This document shows positions 1 through 9,728 of a DNA stretch of 64,000 nt, piece by piece. Below the pieces are notes generated by a model. The model saw nothing but the letters and a program-made list of their open reading frames with translations, did no database searches and had not been told where the DNA came from. The position numbers and the translations under genes were made by a program. The DNA is from Candidatus Omnitrophota bacterium (GTDB taxonomy: Bacteria; Omnitrophota; Gorgyraeia; Pluralincolimonadales; Pluralincolimonadaceae): positions 136,307-200,306 of the forward strand of contig PLNR01000009.1 of assembly GCA_003141835.1 (NCBI GenBank), written 5' to 3'. Within the stretch, counting starts at the first letter, position 1; each line of letters starts with the position of its first letter.

Positions 1-305
1 ACCCTGACCGGATATGTCACCTGGTCCAGGGGATATCCCTCATAAAAATGGAACCTGCCCTCCATCGCGACGACATTCTTGTCCCCGATCTTTCCGAATA
101 CCAGCTCGCCTTTGTGCCCCTTGACCGTAGACACCGGGAAATTCGGTATCTTCCAGTATTCTATGCCCCTCTTCTCTTTTATCTTCTCGGCGAGGTTGCC
201 AAGGCCGGTCCCGAGGATTATCGCGATGTCGATCTTCGGTATCTCTTTGAGTTCGCCCTCTATGAACTTGAGCGTATCTTCGATCTTCTTCTTCAGTTCG
301 TGCAT
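1..305 (-). CDS. punA: Purine nucleoside phosphorylase (PNP-I/XapA family); 3' end runs off the window
   Basis: Not in the ORF track. Manual translation gives MHELKKKIEDTLKFI...IAIILGTGLG...IPNFPVSTVKGHKGELVFG...AMEGRFHFYEGY, typical PNP motifs; GGAG SD upstream of ATG at 305. Confidence 0.9.
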   Translation of the reverse strand, partial: MHELKKKIEDTLKFIEGELKEIPKIDIAIILGTGLGNLAEKIKEKRGIEYWKIPNFPVSTVKGHKGELVFGKIGDKNVVAMEGRFHFYEGYPLDQVTYPVR

Positions 306-331
306 TTATTTCTCCTTTATGGGGACGTCCC

Positions 332-634
332 CTACATTCTTAACCTCATAGCCAATTCCAGCAACGTCGGCACAAGAAAATATTTGTTTATGTAATAAAT
401 GACTATCGTAGCGATCCACGGCGAGATGTCGACCGGCCCTAACGACGGTATTAACCTCCTTATCGGCGCCAGGATCGGGTCTGTAGCCCTGTTCAGGAAC
501 TGCACCAGCGGATTGAACGGGTCCGGGTTGACCCAGCTTATTACCGCGCGCAGGAATATAAGGATGCATACAATATTTACCAGCGCTTCGACCAAACGCG
601 CGGCCAGCACTATTAAATTGCTTAACGCGAACAT
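332..634 (-). CDS. yggT: YggT/YlmG family membrane protein
   Basis: RAVISWVNPDPFNP...TDPILAPIRR...DISP motif; synteny with yggS and proC. Confidence 0.9.
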   Translation of the reverse strand: MFALSNLIVLAARLVEALVNIVCILIFLRAVISWVNPDPFNPLVQFLNRATDPILAPIRRLIPSLGPVDISPWIATIVIYYINKYFLVPTLLELAMRLRM

Positions 635-635
635 A

Positions 636-1463
636 TCATTCCCCCGATAATTCTTTTGAGCGGCGGACAGCGGCTGCCACGGCCTTTTCGACTATCCTCT
701 TCATCCCGGAACGGTCGAATACCTTTATCGCCTGTTCGGTCGTGCCGCCCTTTGATGTCACGCGCTGGCGCAAGACGCCGGGTTCTTGTCCCGATCCTAT
801 AAGCAGCCGCGCCGAGCCGAGAGCGGTCTTCGATACGAGCCTCTTTGCCGTAACCCTGTCCATCCCGAGGCTGACAGCTGTCTCTATAAGTGCTTCTTTT
901 AGATAAAAGAAATAGGCCGGCCCGCTTCCCGATACCGCGGTGACAACGTCAAAATGTTTCTCATTTATATTTACCGTCTCACCCACGCTCGAAAATATCT
1001 CATTCGCAGCCTTCAGGTCTTTCGCCGCAGCATACCTGCCTTTGCAGATCGCCGAGATGCCTTCACCCACAAGCGCGGGCGTATTCGGCATCACCCTTAT
1101 GACGCGGGGCTTTGGTATGCGCGCCAGGGCCTTCTCTATCCTGCGGGTCGTTATGCCGGCAGCGATCGAGATATATAACCGGTTTTTACCATAAAAAGAT
1201 ATTTCAGCGAGCACCTCGTCGATATTCTGCGGCTTGACCGCGAAGATGACTATGTCGCAGTGCGCCGCGACCTCGAGTATGGATCTGGTGGTTGCCGATA
1301 TCCCGTATTTCTTAACGGCAGCCGCGCGTTTGGCCGCATCGCTGTCAAAACCTATGATGTTTGCTTTTTTGACGGCGCCGGATGAGAGGAGTCCGTTTAC
1401 TATCGCCCCGCCCATATTCCCTAGGCCGATAACGCCTATTTTTTTATCCGCCAAATATCGCAT
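636..1463 (-). CDS. proC: Pyrroline-5-carboxylate reductase
   Basis: IGLGNMG, RVMPNTP, SGSGPAY and VTSKGGTT motifs. Confidence 0.97.
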   Translation of the reverse strand: MRYLADKKIGVIGLGNMGGAIVNGLLSSGAVKKANIIGFDSDAAKRAAAVKKYGISATTRSILEVAAHCDIVIFAVKPQNIDEVLAEISFYGKNRLYISIAAGITTRRIEKALARIPKPRVIRVMPNTPALVGEGISAICKGRYAAAKDLKAANEIFSSVGETVNINEKHFDVVTAVSGSGPAYFFYLKEALIETAVSLGMDRVTAKRLVSKTALGSARLLIGSGQEPGVLRQRVTSKGGTTEQAIKVFDRSGMKRIVEKAVAAAVRRSKELSGE

Positions 1464-2121
1464 GCCCTATCCTCAGTATATTTGCGCCTTCCTCTATCGC
1501 GACCTCGAAATCCTGGGTCATCCCCATGGAAAGATAATCCATCTTTACGTTCCTTATGCTCTTCGCCGAAACGAGTATCGCCACCTTTTTCAGCCTTTGG
1601 AAATACGGCCTCGACTCCTCCGGGTTCTCGGTGAACGGCGCCATCGTCATAAGGCCCATGACCCTTACATTGGGCAGTTCGGCTATCTTTTCCAAGAGCG
1701 GGAGCACCTGCTCAGGCGGTACCCCGTATTTTGTCGCCTCTTCAGAGGTCTTGACCTCTATCAATATCTTTTTAGGATACGAAAGGCCGGCGGAGCGTTT
1801 CGATATCTCCTCGGCCAGTTTCAGCGAATCAACCGAATGGATGAGGTCGAAGATCTGCACGGCCTCCTTGACTTTATTTGTCTGGAGGTGGCCGATAAGG
1901 TGCCACCTGGCCCTGTGCTCGATCGCCTTATATTTTATCTCCGCTGCCTGCACATAGCTTTCGCCTATATCCGTAACGCCGGCTGCGATGGCCTCTTCGA
2001 TCTGCGGGACGCCTACGGTCTTGGTCACGCAGACCAGGGTGATGTCCCGGTCGTTTTTGCCCACGTTCTGGGCAGCCCGACGGACCCGTTCCTTTACCGC
2101 CTGTATATTTTCAGGGATCAT
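1444..2121 (-). CDS. yggS: PLP homeostasis protein YggS/PLPBP
   Basis: VTKT, WHLIGHLQTNK, GLMTM, LSMGMT.DFE.AIEEGA motifs. Confidence 0.95.
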   Translation of the reverse strand: MIPENIQAVKERVRRAAQNVGKNDRDITLVCVTKTVGVPQIEEAIAAGVTDIGESYVQAAEIKYKAIEHRARWHLIGHLQTNKVKEAVQIFDLIHSVDSLKLAEEISKRSAGLSYPKKILIEVKTSEEATKYGVPPEQVLPLLEKIAELPNVRVMGLMTMAPFTENPEESRPYFQRLKKVAILVSAKSIRNVKMDYLSMGMTQDFEVAIEEGANILRIGHAIFGG

Positions 2122-2124
2122 TTT

Positions 2125-3381
2125 TTAGAAATACTCGCTGAAGATCTGGTTTACCCTGTCCAGTAATTTCCCTAACGGCGTGTTGCCGAAGAAATTCTTC
2201 CGGACTTTTTTCTTCGCACCCTCCCTCGCCCAGTATTTCACGAGTCCCACCGACACGACCTGTCCGGCGCCGGCCCTGGCCATGTCCCCTCCGGAAACTC
2301 CCTTAACCAGTCCCATCTTCACCGGCATGCTGAGATATAATTCCAGCATCTCGAGGAACCCGCCCAGGGAGGTCAAGTCGCCGGCGACTACGCATCCCAT
2401 CGCGGCTTCCTTGGCGGAACACATATCTTTCAGTTTGTCGCCTATCTTTTTAATAAGCCCTTCGGCTTCCGGCCTCACCGCATCGGCGACGGCCTTTCTC
2501 GAGACGGAACGGGTCGACCCTCCCAGCCTCAGGATTACCTTGTCGCTTTCCGGAGAAGCGCTTCCCTGCGCAGCCGGTTCGGCGGCCGCGGGCTTATCGA
2601 GGGTTATCTCGCGCTTTAACAGGTCTGCGGCGTATTCGCCGGGTATCTTAAAGTTATCCGCGATGAGCCCGGACATCCTGCCGCTTCCGGCCGGGATTAT
2701 CTCGATGGACCTTATCTCGCTGCCGTTATAGACGATTATATGAGTGGCCGAATAAGAGATGAATATGAATATGACGCCTAATTCTTTCTCGAGTTCCTCA
2801 AGTATCGCGTGCCCGGCCGCTATGCCGGAAAGGACTATATCCCTGATCTCGAAACCTGCGGTATTTATAGACCTCCTGACGTTGTGGAGGTTGGTCACAA
2901 GGGCGGTCACAAATTCCATGTCAGCCTCGAGCCGCGTGCCGAACATGCCGGTCGGGTCCTTGATCCCGTCCTGGCCGTCGAGGATGAAACCGCGCGTTAC
3001 GGAATGGACTATCTCCCTGTCGAACGGGAGCGCTATCGTCTTGGCGGCCTCGGTCACCCGCTCGACCTCATGTTTGCCTATCTCGTTCTCTTTCTCGGCG
3101 ACGGTCACGCTACCCTTGGTATTATATACGCGCAGGCTCGAGCCGTCGCAGTTCGTTACCAGTGATACGACCTTCGTCTTCGCCGCGGCCTCGGCCTTTT
3201 CGACGGCTGACGCCACCGATAAGGCCACTTCGCTTATATCCGATATCGTCCCGTTGTCGATTCCGCGGGACGGGACAGACGCGGACCCGAGGAGCGCGAC
3301 AGTATCCTTCTCCTCGGTCGAGCAGATCGAGCAGGTCACGAAGTCTTCGCTTATATCCAGGCCGGCCAATATCTTCTTCAT
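2125..3381 (-). CDS. ftsA: Cell division protein FtsA (divergent, nucleotide-binding motifs degenerate)
   Basis: Follows ftsQ. N-terminal GLDI, 1C-domain FILDGQDGIKDPTGMFGTRLEAD, EKELGV, and C-terminal amphipathic helix LLDRVNQIFSEYF. Confidence 0.88.
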   Translation of the reverse strand: MKKILAGLDISEDFVTCSICSTEEKDTVALLGSASVPSRGIDNGTISDISEVALSVASAVEKAEAAAKTKVVSLVTNCDGSSLRVYNTKGSVTVAEKENEIGKHEVERVTEAAKTIALPFDREIVHSVTRGFILDGQDGIKDPTGMFGTRLEADMEFVTALVTNLHNVRRSINTAGFEIRDIVLSGIAAGHAILEELEKELGVIFIFISYSATHIIVYNGSEIRSIEIIPAGSGRMSGLIADNFKIPGEYAADLLKREITLDKPAAAEPAAQGSASPESDKVILRLGGSTRSVSRKAVADAVRPEAEGLIKKIGDKLKDMCSAKEAAMGCVVAGDLTSLGGFLEMLELYLSMPVKMGLVKGVSGGDMARAGAGQVVSVGLVKYWAREGAKKKVRKNFFGNTPLGKLLDRVNQIFSEYF

Positions 3382-4175
3382 TTCTTTTCCGGTTTAAACG
3401 TCACCGCGGCATCGGTGAACCTGAGGTCTATCGAATCGATCTTCGACCTGTCCACTTTGGGATTGCTTAGCGCGTCGGCCAAAGAGTCTAGCTTCCTGTC
3501 GAAATCGTTATTGCCGACCACTATAGTCATCCCGTCCATGATGAAAAAAGCCTTATCCGGGTATGTCATATCGATGGCGGTGACCGCGGACTTCCCGAAT
3601 TCCTTCCTCGCGTTTATTCGCCGGAGGATATCGAGGGCCGTGCTTACCCTCCGGGACTTCACCCTCGTGCCCGCCTTAGGGTCCGCAAGCTGGGACTCCA
3701 GGCCGGTGATAAGGGGAAGTGAATCAAGGCTGCCCGTATCCGAGACGATGACGCCGTCGAAATCGACCGGCAGGACCTTCCCTACCCGTATCCTTGCCAC
3801 CGCCTCCCTGTCCTTTATTCTGGCGACGATGCGGTTCGGCAGGAACTTGGTTATTATCACGATCTGGAATTCGGGGTGCGCCGCTTTTATCTTTCCTGCG
3901 AGCGCCGCAGTGTCTACCGTGAAAAAATTGACGGGGTATTCGAGGTTGAAATATTCTTTCTGCATATATAAGTTCCCCTCAGTGCCGGGTTTTACTATCT
4001 CAACCTTCTTCACCTCGAAACATTGCGCGCCGGAGAGGAAATCACTGAACCACAGGATGGTCGCGGCCAGGACCAACACAAATATAAAAAAGACCACGAC
4101 GGCAACCTTGTTGCGTTTTATGAAATAACCGGCCTGTCTTGAGGCTTCTGAACCTGATTTTCTTTTTCTAGCCAT
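3378..4175 (-). CDS. ftsQ: Cell division protein FtsQ/DivIB
   Basis: Basic N-terminus, single TM, POTRA-like KFLPNRI, C-terminal IDLRF; lies between ddl and ftsA. Confidence 0.85.
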   Translation of the reverse strand: MARKRKSGSEASRQAGYFIKRNKVAVVVFFIFVLVLAATILWFSDFLSGAQCFEVKKVEIVKPGTEGNLYMQKEYFNLEYPVNFFTVDTAALAGKIKAAHPEFQIVIITKFLPNRIVARIKDREAVARIRVGKVLPVDFDGVIVSDTGSLDSLPLITGLESQLADPKAGTRVKSRRVSTALDILRRINARKEFGKSAVTAIDMTYPDKAFFIMDGMTIVVGNNDFDRKLDSLADALSNPKVDRSKIDSIDLRFTDAAVTFKPEKK

Positions 4176-4176
4176 A

Positions 4177-5079
4177 TTATTTAAAAGCCGATTCGAGCAT
4201 CTTTTCGCATAATAATGGGAAATCTATTCCTCTCGCCTTCGCCGCCTTCGGCAAAAGGCTGAGCTGCGTCATCCCGGGTATCGTATTCACCTCTAGGACG
4301 ACTATCTTCCCTTCATCGTCAAGTATCATATCGACCCTCGAGAAAGACCTGCAGCTGAGGGCGTTATGCGCCCTGATGCCGGCATCCTGCGCGAGCCTCG
4401 CCTCGCCTTCCTGGATCGGGGCGGGACATAGGTACTCGGTCATCCCGGCCGTATATTTTGCGATCTCATCGTAATAGCGCCTTTTCGGGACAACCTGTAT
4501 CACGGGAAGCGGTTTGCCTTCGAGAATTCCCACGGTAAGTTCTTTGCCGTGGATGAACTCCTCAAGGAGCACTTGGTCGCCGAACTTGAACGCCTCCTTG
4601 ATCGCGGCGTCCAACTCCTCGATCTTGTCTATTATGGAGACCCCTACCGAAGAGCCCTGCGCCGAAGGCTTGACGACTACCGGCGCCTGGAATTTCAGTT
4701 TTGGTTTTGAACCGTTATTTACCACATTGTATCCCGGGATGTTGAGCCCGGCCTTCTTGAACAATTTACGCGAGGCGATCTTGTCCATTCCGAGCTGGCT
4801 AGCTTTTACCTTTGAGCCGGTATAGGGTATCTTAAGATCCTCGAGTATCGCCTGTATCTGGCCGTCTTCGCCGAATGTCCCGTGCAGGGCTATGAAGGCG
4901 GCGTCGATGCCGGCAGACCTAAGCTCGTCCCTCGTCGGAAGCCATATCTCGATCGGGACGGCGTTATATCCTTTGCTTAAAAGCGCGTCGGTGATCGCCC
5001 TGCCGGAGCGCAGGGAAACCTCCCTCTCAGCGGATGGCCCTCCCATCAGCACGCCTATCCGCAAACCCACCTTATCCAT
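4177..5079 (-). CDS. ddl: D-alanine--D-alanine ligase
   Basis: GGPSAEREVSL, ALHGTFGEDG, GSSVG, LEVNTIPG motifs. Confidence 0.97.
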   Translation of the reverse strand: MDKVGLRIGVLMGGPSAEREVSLRSGRAITDALLSKGYNAVPIEIWLPTRDELRSAGIDAAFIALHGTFGEDGQIQAILEDLKIPYTGSKVKASQLGMDKIASRKLFKKAGLNIPGYNVVNNGSKPKLKFQAPVVVKPSAQGSSVGVSIIDKIEELDAAIKEAFKFGDQVLLEEFIHGKELTVGILEGKPLPVIQVVPKRRYYDEIAKYTAGMTEYLCPAPIQEGEARLAQDAGIRAHNALSCRSFSRVDMILDDEGKIVVLEVNTIPGMTQLSLLPKAAKARGIDFPLLCEKMLESAFK

Positions 5080-5918
5080 TAAAACTCTCCTATCAATTTA
5101 GTCTCTAATTTTAACATAATTTGATGTTCTTTAAAAACTATTTTTTGTATCTCATCTATTAATTTCTTTACGTCGGAGGCCGTGGCGTTCGCCCTGTTTA
5201 TTATGAAGTTCGCGTGCTTCTCGGAGACAGCCGCGCCGCCTTCCTGCTTCCCCCTTAAGCCGCACTTGTCTATGACCTCCCATGCCGGCGAATTGCCTGA
5301 CGGGTTAAGGAAGATGCTTCCCACGCTGGGATAGCCGAGCTCCTGCGTTTTCCTCTTCTTTTCCAAATTTTTCTTTATCTCGGCCTCGATCTTATCCTTG
5401 GCTTTCTTTTCCAGCTTGAGTTTGGCCGAAACCAGGACCAACCCTTCGAGATTTGATGAACGGTACGAGAATTTCAGCCCGCTTTTATCAAGCCTGGGCT
5501 TTTCAAGGCCTTTGAGCGCGGTTATCTCCTCGACGAGGTCCCCTATCGCCTTGGACGGCCAGCCCGCATTCATCGTAAGCGCGCCGCCGAGCGTCCCGGG
5601 TATGCCGGCGAGGAATTCAAGCCCGCCCAGATCCTTCTCCGAGGCCTCCTTTATCAGCTCGTGGACCTTTATACCGCAACCAGCGACAACTGTCTCCCCG
5701 TCGAATTCAATCCCGTTAAATGCCGGCGCAGACAATGATATTACAAACCCGCGGATGCCCTTGTCTCCGACCAGGAGCTTGCTTCCGCCGCCTATTATGA
5801 AGTGATCTATCTTATGCGACTCGGAATAACGTAGGATATTCCGCAGATCGTCAATGTCCTCAGGGCAGACAAAAATATCCGCCGGGCCGCCGATCTTGAA
5901 CGTCGTATGGCGGCTCAT
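5079..5918 (-). CDS. murB: UDP-N-acetylenolpyruvoylglucosamine reductase (frame stays open upstream through an ATC at 5972)
   Basis: HTTFKIGGPA, GIPGTLGGA, MNAG, GSIFLNP, SEKHANF motifs. Confidence 0.95.
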   Translation of the reverse strand: MSRHTTFKIGGPADIFVCPEDIDDLRNILRYSESHKIDHFIIGGGSKLLVGDKGIRGFVISLSAPAFNGIEFDGETVVAGCGIKVHELIKEASEKDLGGLEFLAGIPGTLGGALTMNAGWPSKAIGDLVEEITALKGLEKPRLDKSGLKFSYRSSNLEGLVLVSAKLKLEKKAKDKIEAEIKKNLEKKRKTQELGYPSVGSIFLNPSGNSPAWEVIDKCGLRGKQEGGAAVSEKHANFIINRANATASDVKKLIDEIQKIVFKEHQIMLKLETKLIGEF

Positions 5919-5953
5919 CGGTTCATCGAGCTTTATTTCGCCCCTGATGAAAC

Positions 5954-7354
5954 TTAAATCTTCTTTTTCGATCTCTTACCCCTTTTTTTCGAGAGCTCCT
6001 GCGCCACTTCCCCTGCTATAGAGGTGATATCACCGGCGCCCATCATCAGTACCATGTCGCCGCGTTTTATCTCTTTTAAGATATATTCCTTCAACCCTTT
6101 TTTAGGCAGGTATACGACGTCTTTATGGCCGTGCCTTTTCACTTCCTCATAAATGCTTTTACCGGAGATATTATCGATCTCGTCTTCTGACGCCGCGTAG
6201 ATATCCGTAAGTATAAGTTTATCCGCCGCGTCGAAGCAGGCAGCGAACCGGTCCTTCAGGTATTTTGTGCGCGAGAAACGGTGCGGTTGGAACGCGACTA
6301 TCAGCCGCTTGGGCTTCCAATTCCTGGCCGCGAGTATCGTCGCATTTATCTCGGCAGGATGGTGCGCGTAATCGTCTATCACTTTTATCCCGTTCCCCGA
6401 ATACCTTACCTGGAACCTGCGCGCGGCGCCGGTGAAATCCTCGACCGCCTTCTTTATCGTATCGAAATCGAGGCCGAGCTCCAGCGCCACGGCGAACGCG
6501 GCCATGGCGTTCGAGACGTTATGTATGCCCGGGATGTTTATGGCTGCCGGCCCGAGCCTTTTGCCACGGTAGACTATCTCGAACTCGGAATGTGAGTCGT
6601 GCATCTTTATCTTCTCGGGGTATATGTCGCGGCCTGCCGTAAGCCCGAAAGTGACGACTTTCTTCTCGTAACCGCGGAGCGCCCGCTTTAAGTTATCGCA
6701 GTCGCCGCACGCGAAGAGTTTCCCGCCCGGTTTTATCTTCTCTATGAATTTCAGGTACCAGGATATGATCTCGCCCATGTTCCTGTAATAGTCGAGGTGC
6801 TCGGCGTCGATATTCGTGATAACGCTGTAGAATGGTTTCAAATGGACGAAGGAACCGTCACTCTCGTCGGCCTCGACCACAAAATGCTCGCCCTTGCCCA
6901 CCCTGGCATTGCCCTCCAGCGATTTAACTTCGCCGCCCAGGATCGCGGTAGGGTCGAGCCCGGCCCTGTACAGGATATGGGCGATGAGCGATGATGTCGT
7001 CGTCTTGCCGTGGGCGCCGGTAACGGCGATCCCTTTCCTGCCGTTCATTATGAGCGCGAGCATATCGGCGCGGTGGAGAGTGGTTATCTTTTTATTGCGC
7101 GCGGCCTTAAGCTCCGGGTTCTCCGGCGTGATCGATGACGAGAATACGACGATATCGGCGCCTTCTATGTTCCTCTCGTGATGGCCTTCCCGGAACTTCC
7201 CGCCGAGCGATTCGAGCTTCTCCACGATGCGCGAACGCTTGACGTCCGAGCCTGAGACCTTATGGCCCTGCTTGAGCAGGACGAAGGCGATCGCGCTCAT
7301 CCCGATGCCGCCGATGCCGATAAAATGTATATGCTTCTTACCTTTAAGTTTCAT
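5954..7354 (-). CDS. murC: UDP-N-acetylmuramate--L-alanine ligase
   Basis: HFIGIGGIGMS, GAHGKTTT, EADESD, DDYAHHP motifs. Confidence 0.97.
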   Translation of the reverse strand: MKLKGKKHIHFIGIGGIGMSAIAFVLLKQGHKVSGSDVKRSRIVEKLESLGGKFREGHHERNIEGADIVVFSSSITPENPELKAARNKKITTLHRADMLALIMNGRKGIAVTGAHGKTTTSSLIAHILYRAGLDPTAILGGEVKSLEGNARVGKGEHFVVEADESDGSFVHLKPFYSVITNIDAEHLDYYRNMGEIISWYLKFIEKIKPGGKLFACGDCDNLKRALRGYEKKVVTFGLTAGRDIYPEKIKMHDSHSEFEIVYRGKRLGPAAINIPGIHNVSNAMAAFAVALELGLDFDTIKKAVEDFTGAARRFQVRYSGNGIKVIDDYAHHPAEINATILAARNWKPKRLIVAFQPHRFSRTKYLKDRFAACFDAADKLILTDIYAASEDEIDNISGKSIYEEVKRHGHKDVVYLPKKGLKEYILKEIKRGDMVLMMGAGDITSIAGEVAQELSKKRGKRSKKKI

Positions 7355-7370
7355 AGCCTTCCTATATATT

Positions 7371-7500
7371 CCTTGAAATTTAAGTCTCGCTTGGCCTTAG
7401 CTCCCAGTCAATCGGTTCGCTCGGGCTTTCTTTATTCCTCGTCCCGCAACGGCGGGACTGTGGCATAAATCGCCTCTTCGCTTACCGGATTGCCTGGTCG
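7371..7500. repeat. Intergenic nested palindromic repeat (REP/MITE-like) between murG and murC
   Basis: 28 bp CCTTGAAATTTAAGTCTCGCTTGGCCTT is identical to 18806-18833. Long imperfect hairpin with perfect core GTCCCGC-AACG-GCGGGAC at 7441-7458. Confidence 0.7.
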
Positions 7501-7505
7501 CAACG

Positions 7506-8579
7506 TCAAGTTAGTATACAATCAGCAAGACGCTTAGCCGCATCTGGAACAGCAAATTTTTTCGCCGCGACGGACATCGACCTTAACTTCGCCTTGTCGT
7601 CCTTCAACTCAAATATTTTTTCCTTCAGCATCTGCGGCGTCAGGCCGAACTCGTCCATGATGACCGTCCCGCCGGCATTTTCGAGCGCGGCGGCGTTATG
7701 GTACTGGTGCCCGCCGGCGAACCTGTAAGGTACCATTATCGAAGGCTTGCCCAGCGCGGCGATTTCGAACAGCGCAGTCGCGCCTGCACGCGAGACGATG
7801 AGGTCTGCCATCGCATACGAATATCCTATATCCTCGACAAAGTCGCATACGCAGCCGTCCACGCCGCTCCCTTCGTATCTCTTCCGCACATCATCGATGT
7901 TCCTTATGCCTGCGATGTGCAATATATTTATCGCTTTCTTCTCTTCCGCGTCCAAAATGCCGAGCATGCCGCTCACTATCTCGTTTATCTTCCGCGAGCC
8001 CTGGCTCCCTCCCAGGATAAGGACCGTGAACTTTGACGGGTCCAGTTTATAATATTTCAGCGCGTCTTCTTTTCTTACCGACAGGAGTTTCTTGCGTATC
8101 GGGTTTCCGGTAAATACCCCCTTATTACCGAATGTTTTTATGGTATCCTTGAAACTTACTGCAACACGCCTCGCCAAAAGCGCCAGTATTTTATTTGCCA
8201 GCCCGGCCTCGCAATTCTGCTCATGGAGAATAAGCGGTTTACCCATGAGCGCGGCAAATTTGCATATTGGGAAAGACGCGTACCCGCCGAAACCGACGAC
8301 GATGTCCGGCTTGTATCCAAATAATAATTTTATCGACTTAAAGCAGGCCGAGGTGAACCGCGCGAGGAATTTCATGAACTCCACCGGGTTCGCTGAAAGT
8401 TTCGCCACAGGCATAAGCCTGTACGGGATGCCGAATGACCCGAAGAGTTTCACCTCGAGGGGATGGTCTGTCCCTACCAGCAGGAGATCTGATACGCCCC
8501 TCTCTTTAAGTTCCTGCGCGAGGCTTAACCCGGGGAAGATATGGCCCCCCGTACCGCCGCACGCGATAAGTATCTTCAT
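7506..8579 (-). CDS. murG: Undecaprenyl-PP-MurNAc-pentapeptide GlcNAc transferase (alternative GTG start at 8612)
   Basis: GGTGGH, GFGGY, HEQN, GGSQG, RAGA, HQ..NA motifs. Confidence 0.97.
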   Translation of the reverse strand: MKILIACGGTGGHIFPGLSLAQELKERGVSDLLLVGTDHPLEVKLFGSFGIPYRLMPVAKLSANPVEFMKFLARFTSACFKSIKLLFGYKPDIVVGFGGYASFPICKFAALMGKPLILHEQNCEAGLANKILALLARRVAVSFKDTIKTFGNKGVFTGNPIRKKLLSVRKEDALKYYKLDPSKFTVLILGGSQGSRKINEIVSGMLGILDAEEKKAINILHIAGIRNIDDVRKRYEGSGVDGCVCDFVEDIGYSYAMADLIVSRAGATALFEIAALGKPSIMVPYRFAGGHQYHNAAALENAGGTVIMDEFGLTPQMLKEKIFELKDDKAKLRSMSVAAKKFAVPDAAKRLADCILT

Positions 8580-8612
8580 CCCATTTATATAATGTTTATG
8601 GTCGGGATTCAC

Positions 8613-9722
8613 TTAAATTTCTTCCTTCTCGTAAGGGCTCTCGCTGTATTTGGCGATATTGAGCAAGAGCGCCACGCCTATCATGTCGAAGACGAGCGAC
8701 GAACCTCCGTAACTTATGAACGGCAGCGGAAGGCCTTTCGTCGGAATGGATCCGGTAGCTACAGCTATATTTATTATCGCCTCGAGAGCTATGACCGAGA
8801 CGACGCCCAGCGCGACCAGGTGCCCGAATAGGTCCCTCGCCCTCAATGCTATCCTGAAACCCAGCCAGATGAAGAGCGCGAAAAGGATTATCACTGCGGC
8901 CGCGCCCACCAGCCCGAGCTCCTCGCCGATTATCGAGAATATGAAATCCGTATGCGCGCCCGGCAGGTAAAGCAATTTTTGCCGCGACTGGCCGAGGCCG
9001 ACGCCGAACGGGCCGCCGGATCCGAGCGCTATAAAAGACTGGATTATCTGGAACCCGACGCCTTGCGGGTCTTTCCAGGGATCCCAAAAAGCCACGATCC
9101 TCCTCATCCTGTAGGCCTTATGGAATATGAGCACGCCCAGTACCGGTATCGAGCCCAACAGCATCGGGACGAGGTGCCTTAATTTTATCCCGGCGACGAA
9201 GAGCATCATGAACGAGACGGCGCTTATCGCGACCGCCGTGCCGAGGTCAGGCTCGAGCAGGATCAGCCCGACGCTGAAACCGAGTATTATCATCGGCGGC
9301 ACGAAGCCTTCCCAGAAACTCTTTATCTCGCTTTGTTTCCTCGAAAGGAAATCGGCGAAATAGAGTATCATCACTATCTTGCACACCTGCGACGGTTGGA
9401 AGCTGAGGAACGAGAACCTGAACCATCGCCTCGCGCCGGCTATCTCGCGGCTTATCCCCGGGATGAGGACAAGCAACAGCAAAAAGAACGTGGCTATGAG
9501 GACCGGTTTCACATATTTCTTCAGGGATACGTAATCGACGGACATGACCATCAACGACGCCACTATGCCGATAATAAGATACAGCAGGTGGCGCTTGAGG
9601 TAATAGGCGCTGTCCTTCATGAATTCCTGGGCGCTTATCGCGCTGGCGCTGTAGACCATCACAACGCCGATCGCGAGGAGCACGACAGTCACCATGAAAA
9701 GCTGCGTCCGAAGTTTTCTCAC
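8613..9722 (-). CDS. ftsW: SEDS peptidoglycan polymerase FtsW
   Basis: GARRW, FQPS, EPDLG, HTDFIFSIIGEELG, PTKGLPLPFISYGGSS motifs. Confidence 0.97.
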   Translation of the reverse strand: MRKLRTQLFMVTVVLLAIGVVMVYSASAISAQEFMKDSAYYLKRHLLYLIIGIVASLMVMSVDYVSLKKYVKPVLIATFFLLLLVLIPGISREIAGARRWFRFSFLSFQPSQVCKIVMILYFADFLSRKQSEIKSFWEGFVPPMIILGFSVGLILLEPDLGTAVAISAVSFMMLFVAGIKLRHLVPMLLGSIPVLGVLIFHKAYRMRRIVAFWDPWKDPQGVGFQIIQSFIALGSGGPFGVGLGQSRQKLLYLPGAHTDFIFSIIGEELGLVGAAAVIILFALFIWLGFRIALRARDLFGHLVALGVVSVIALEAIINIAVATGSIPTKGLPLPFISYGGSSLVFDMIGVALLLNIAKYSESPYEKEEI

Positions 9723-9728
9723 CCCGCC

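Noticed and set aside
2545-2595. Ala/Pro-rich insertion in FtsA as another palindromic insert (likewise the GLGR segment of recJ near 48176 and the second FabD loop near 41290)
   Set aside because: Inverted repeats are short or imperfect and expected by chance in GC-rich DNA.
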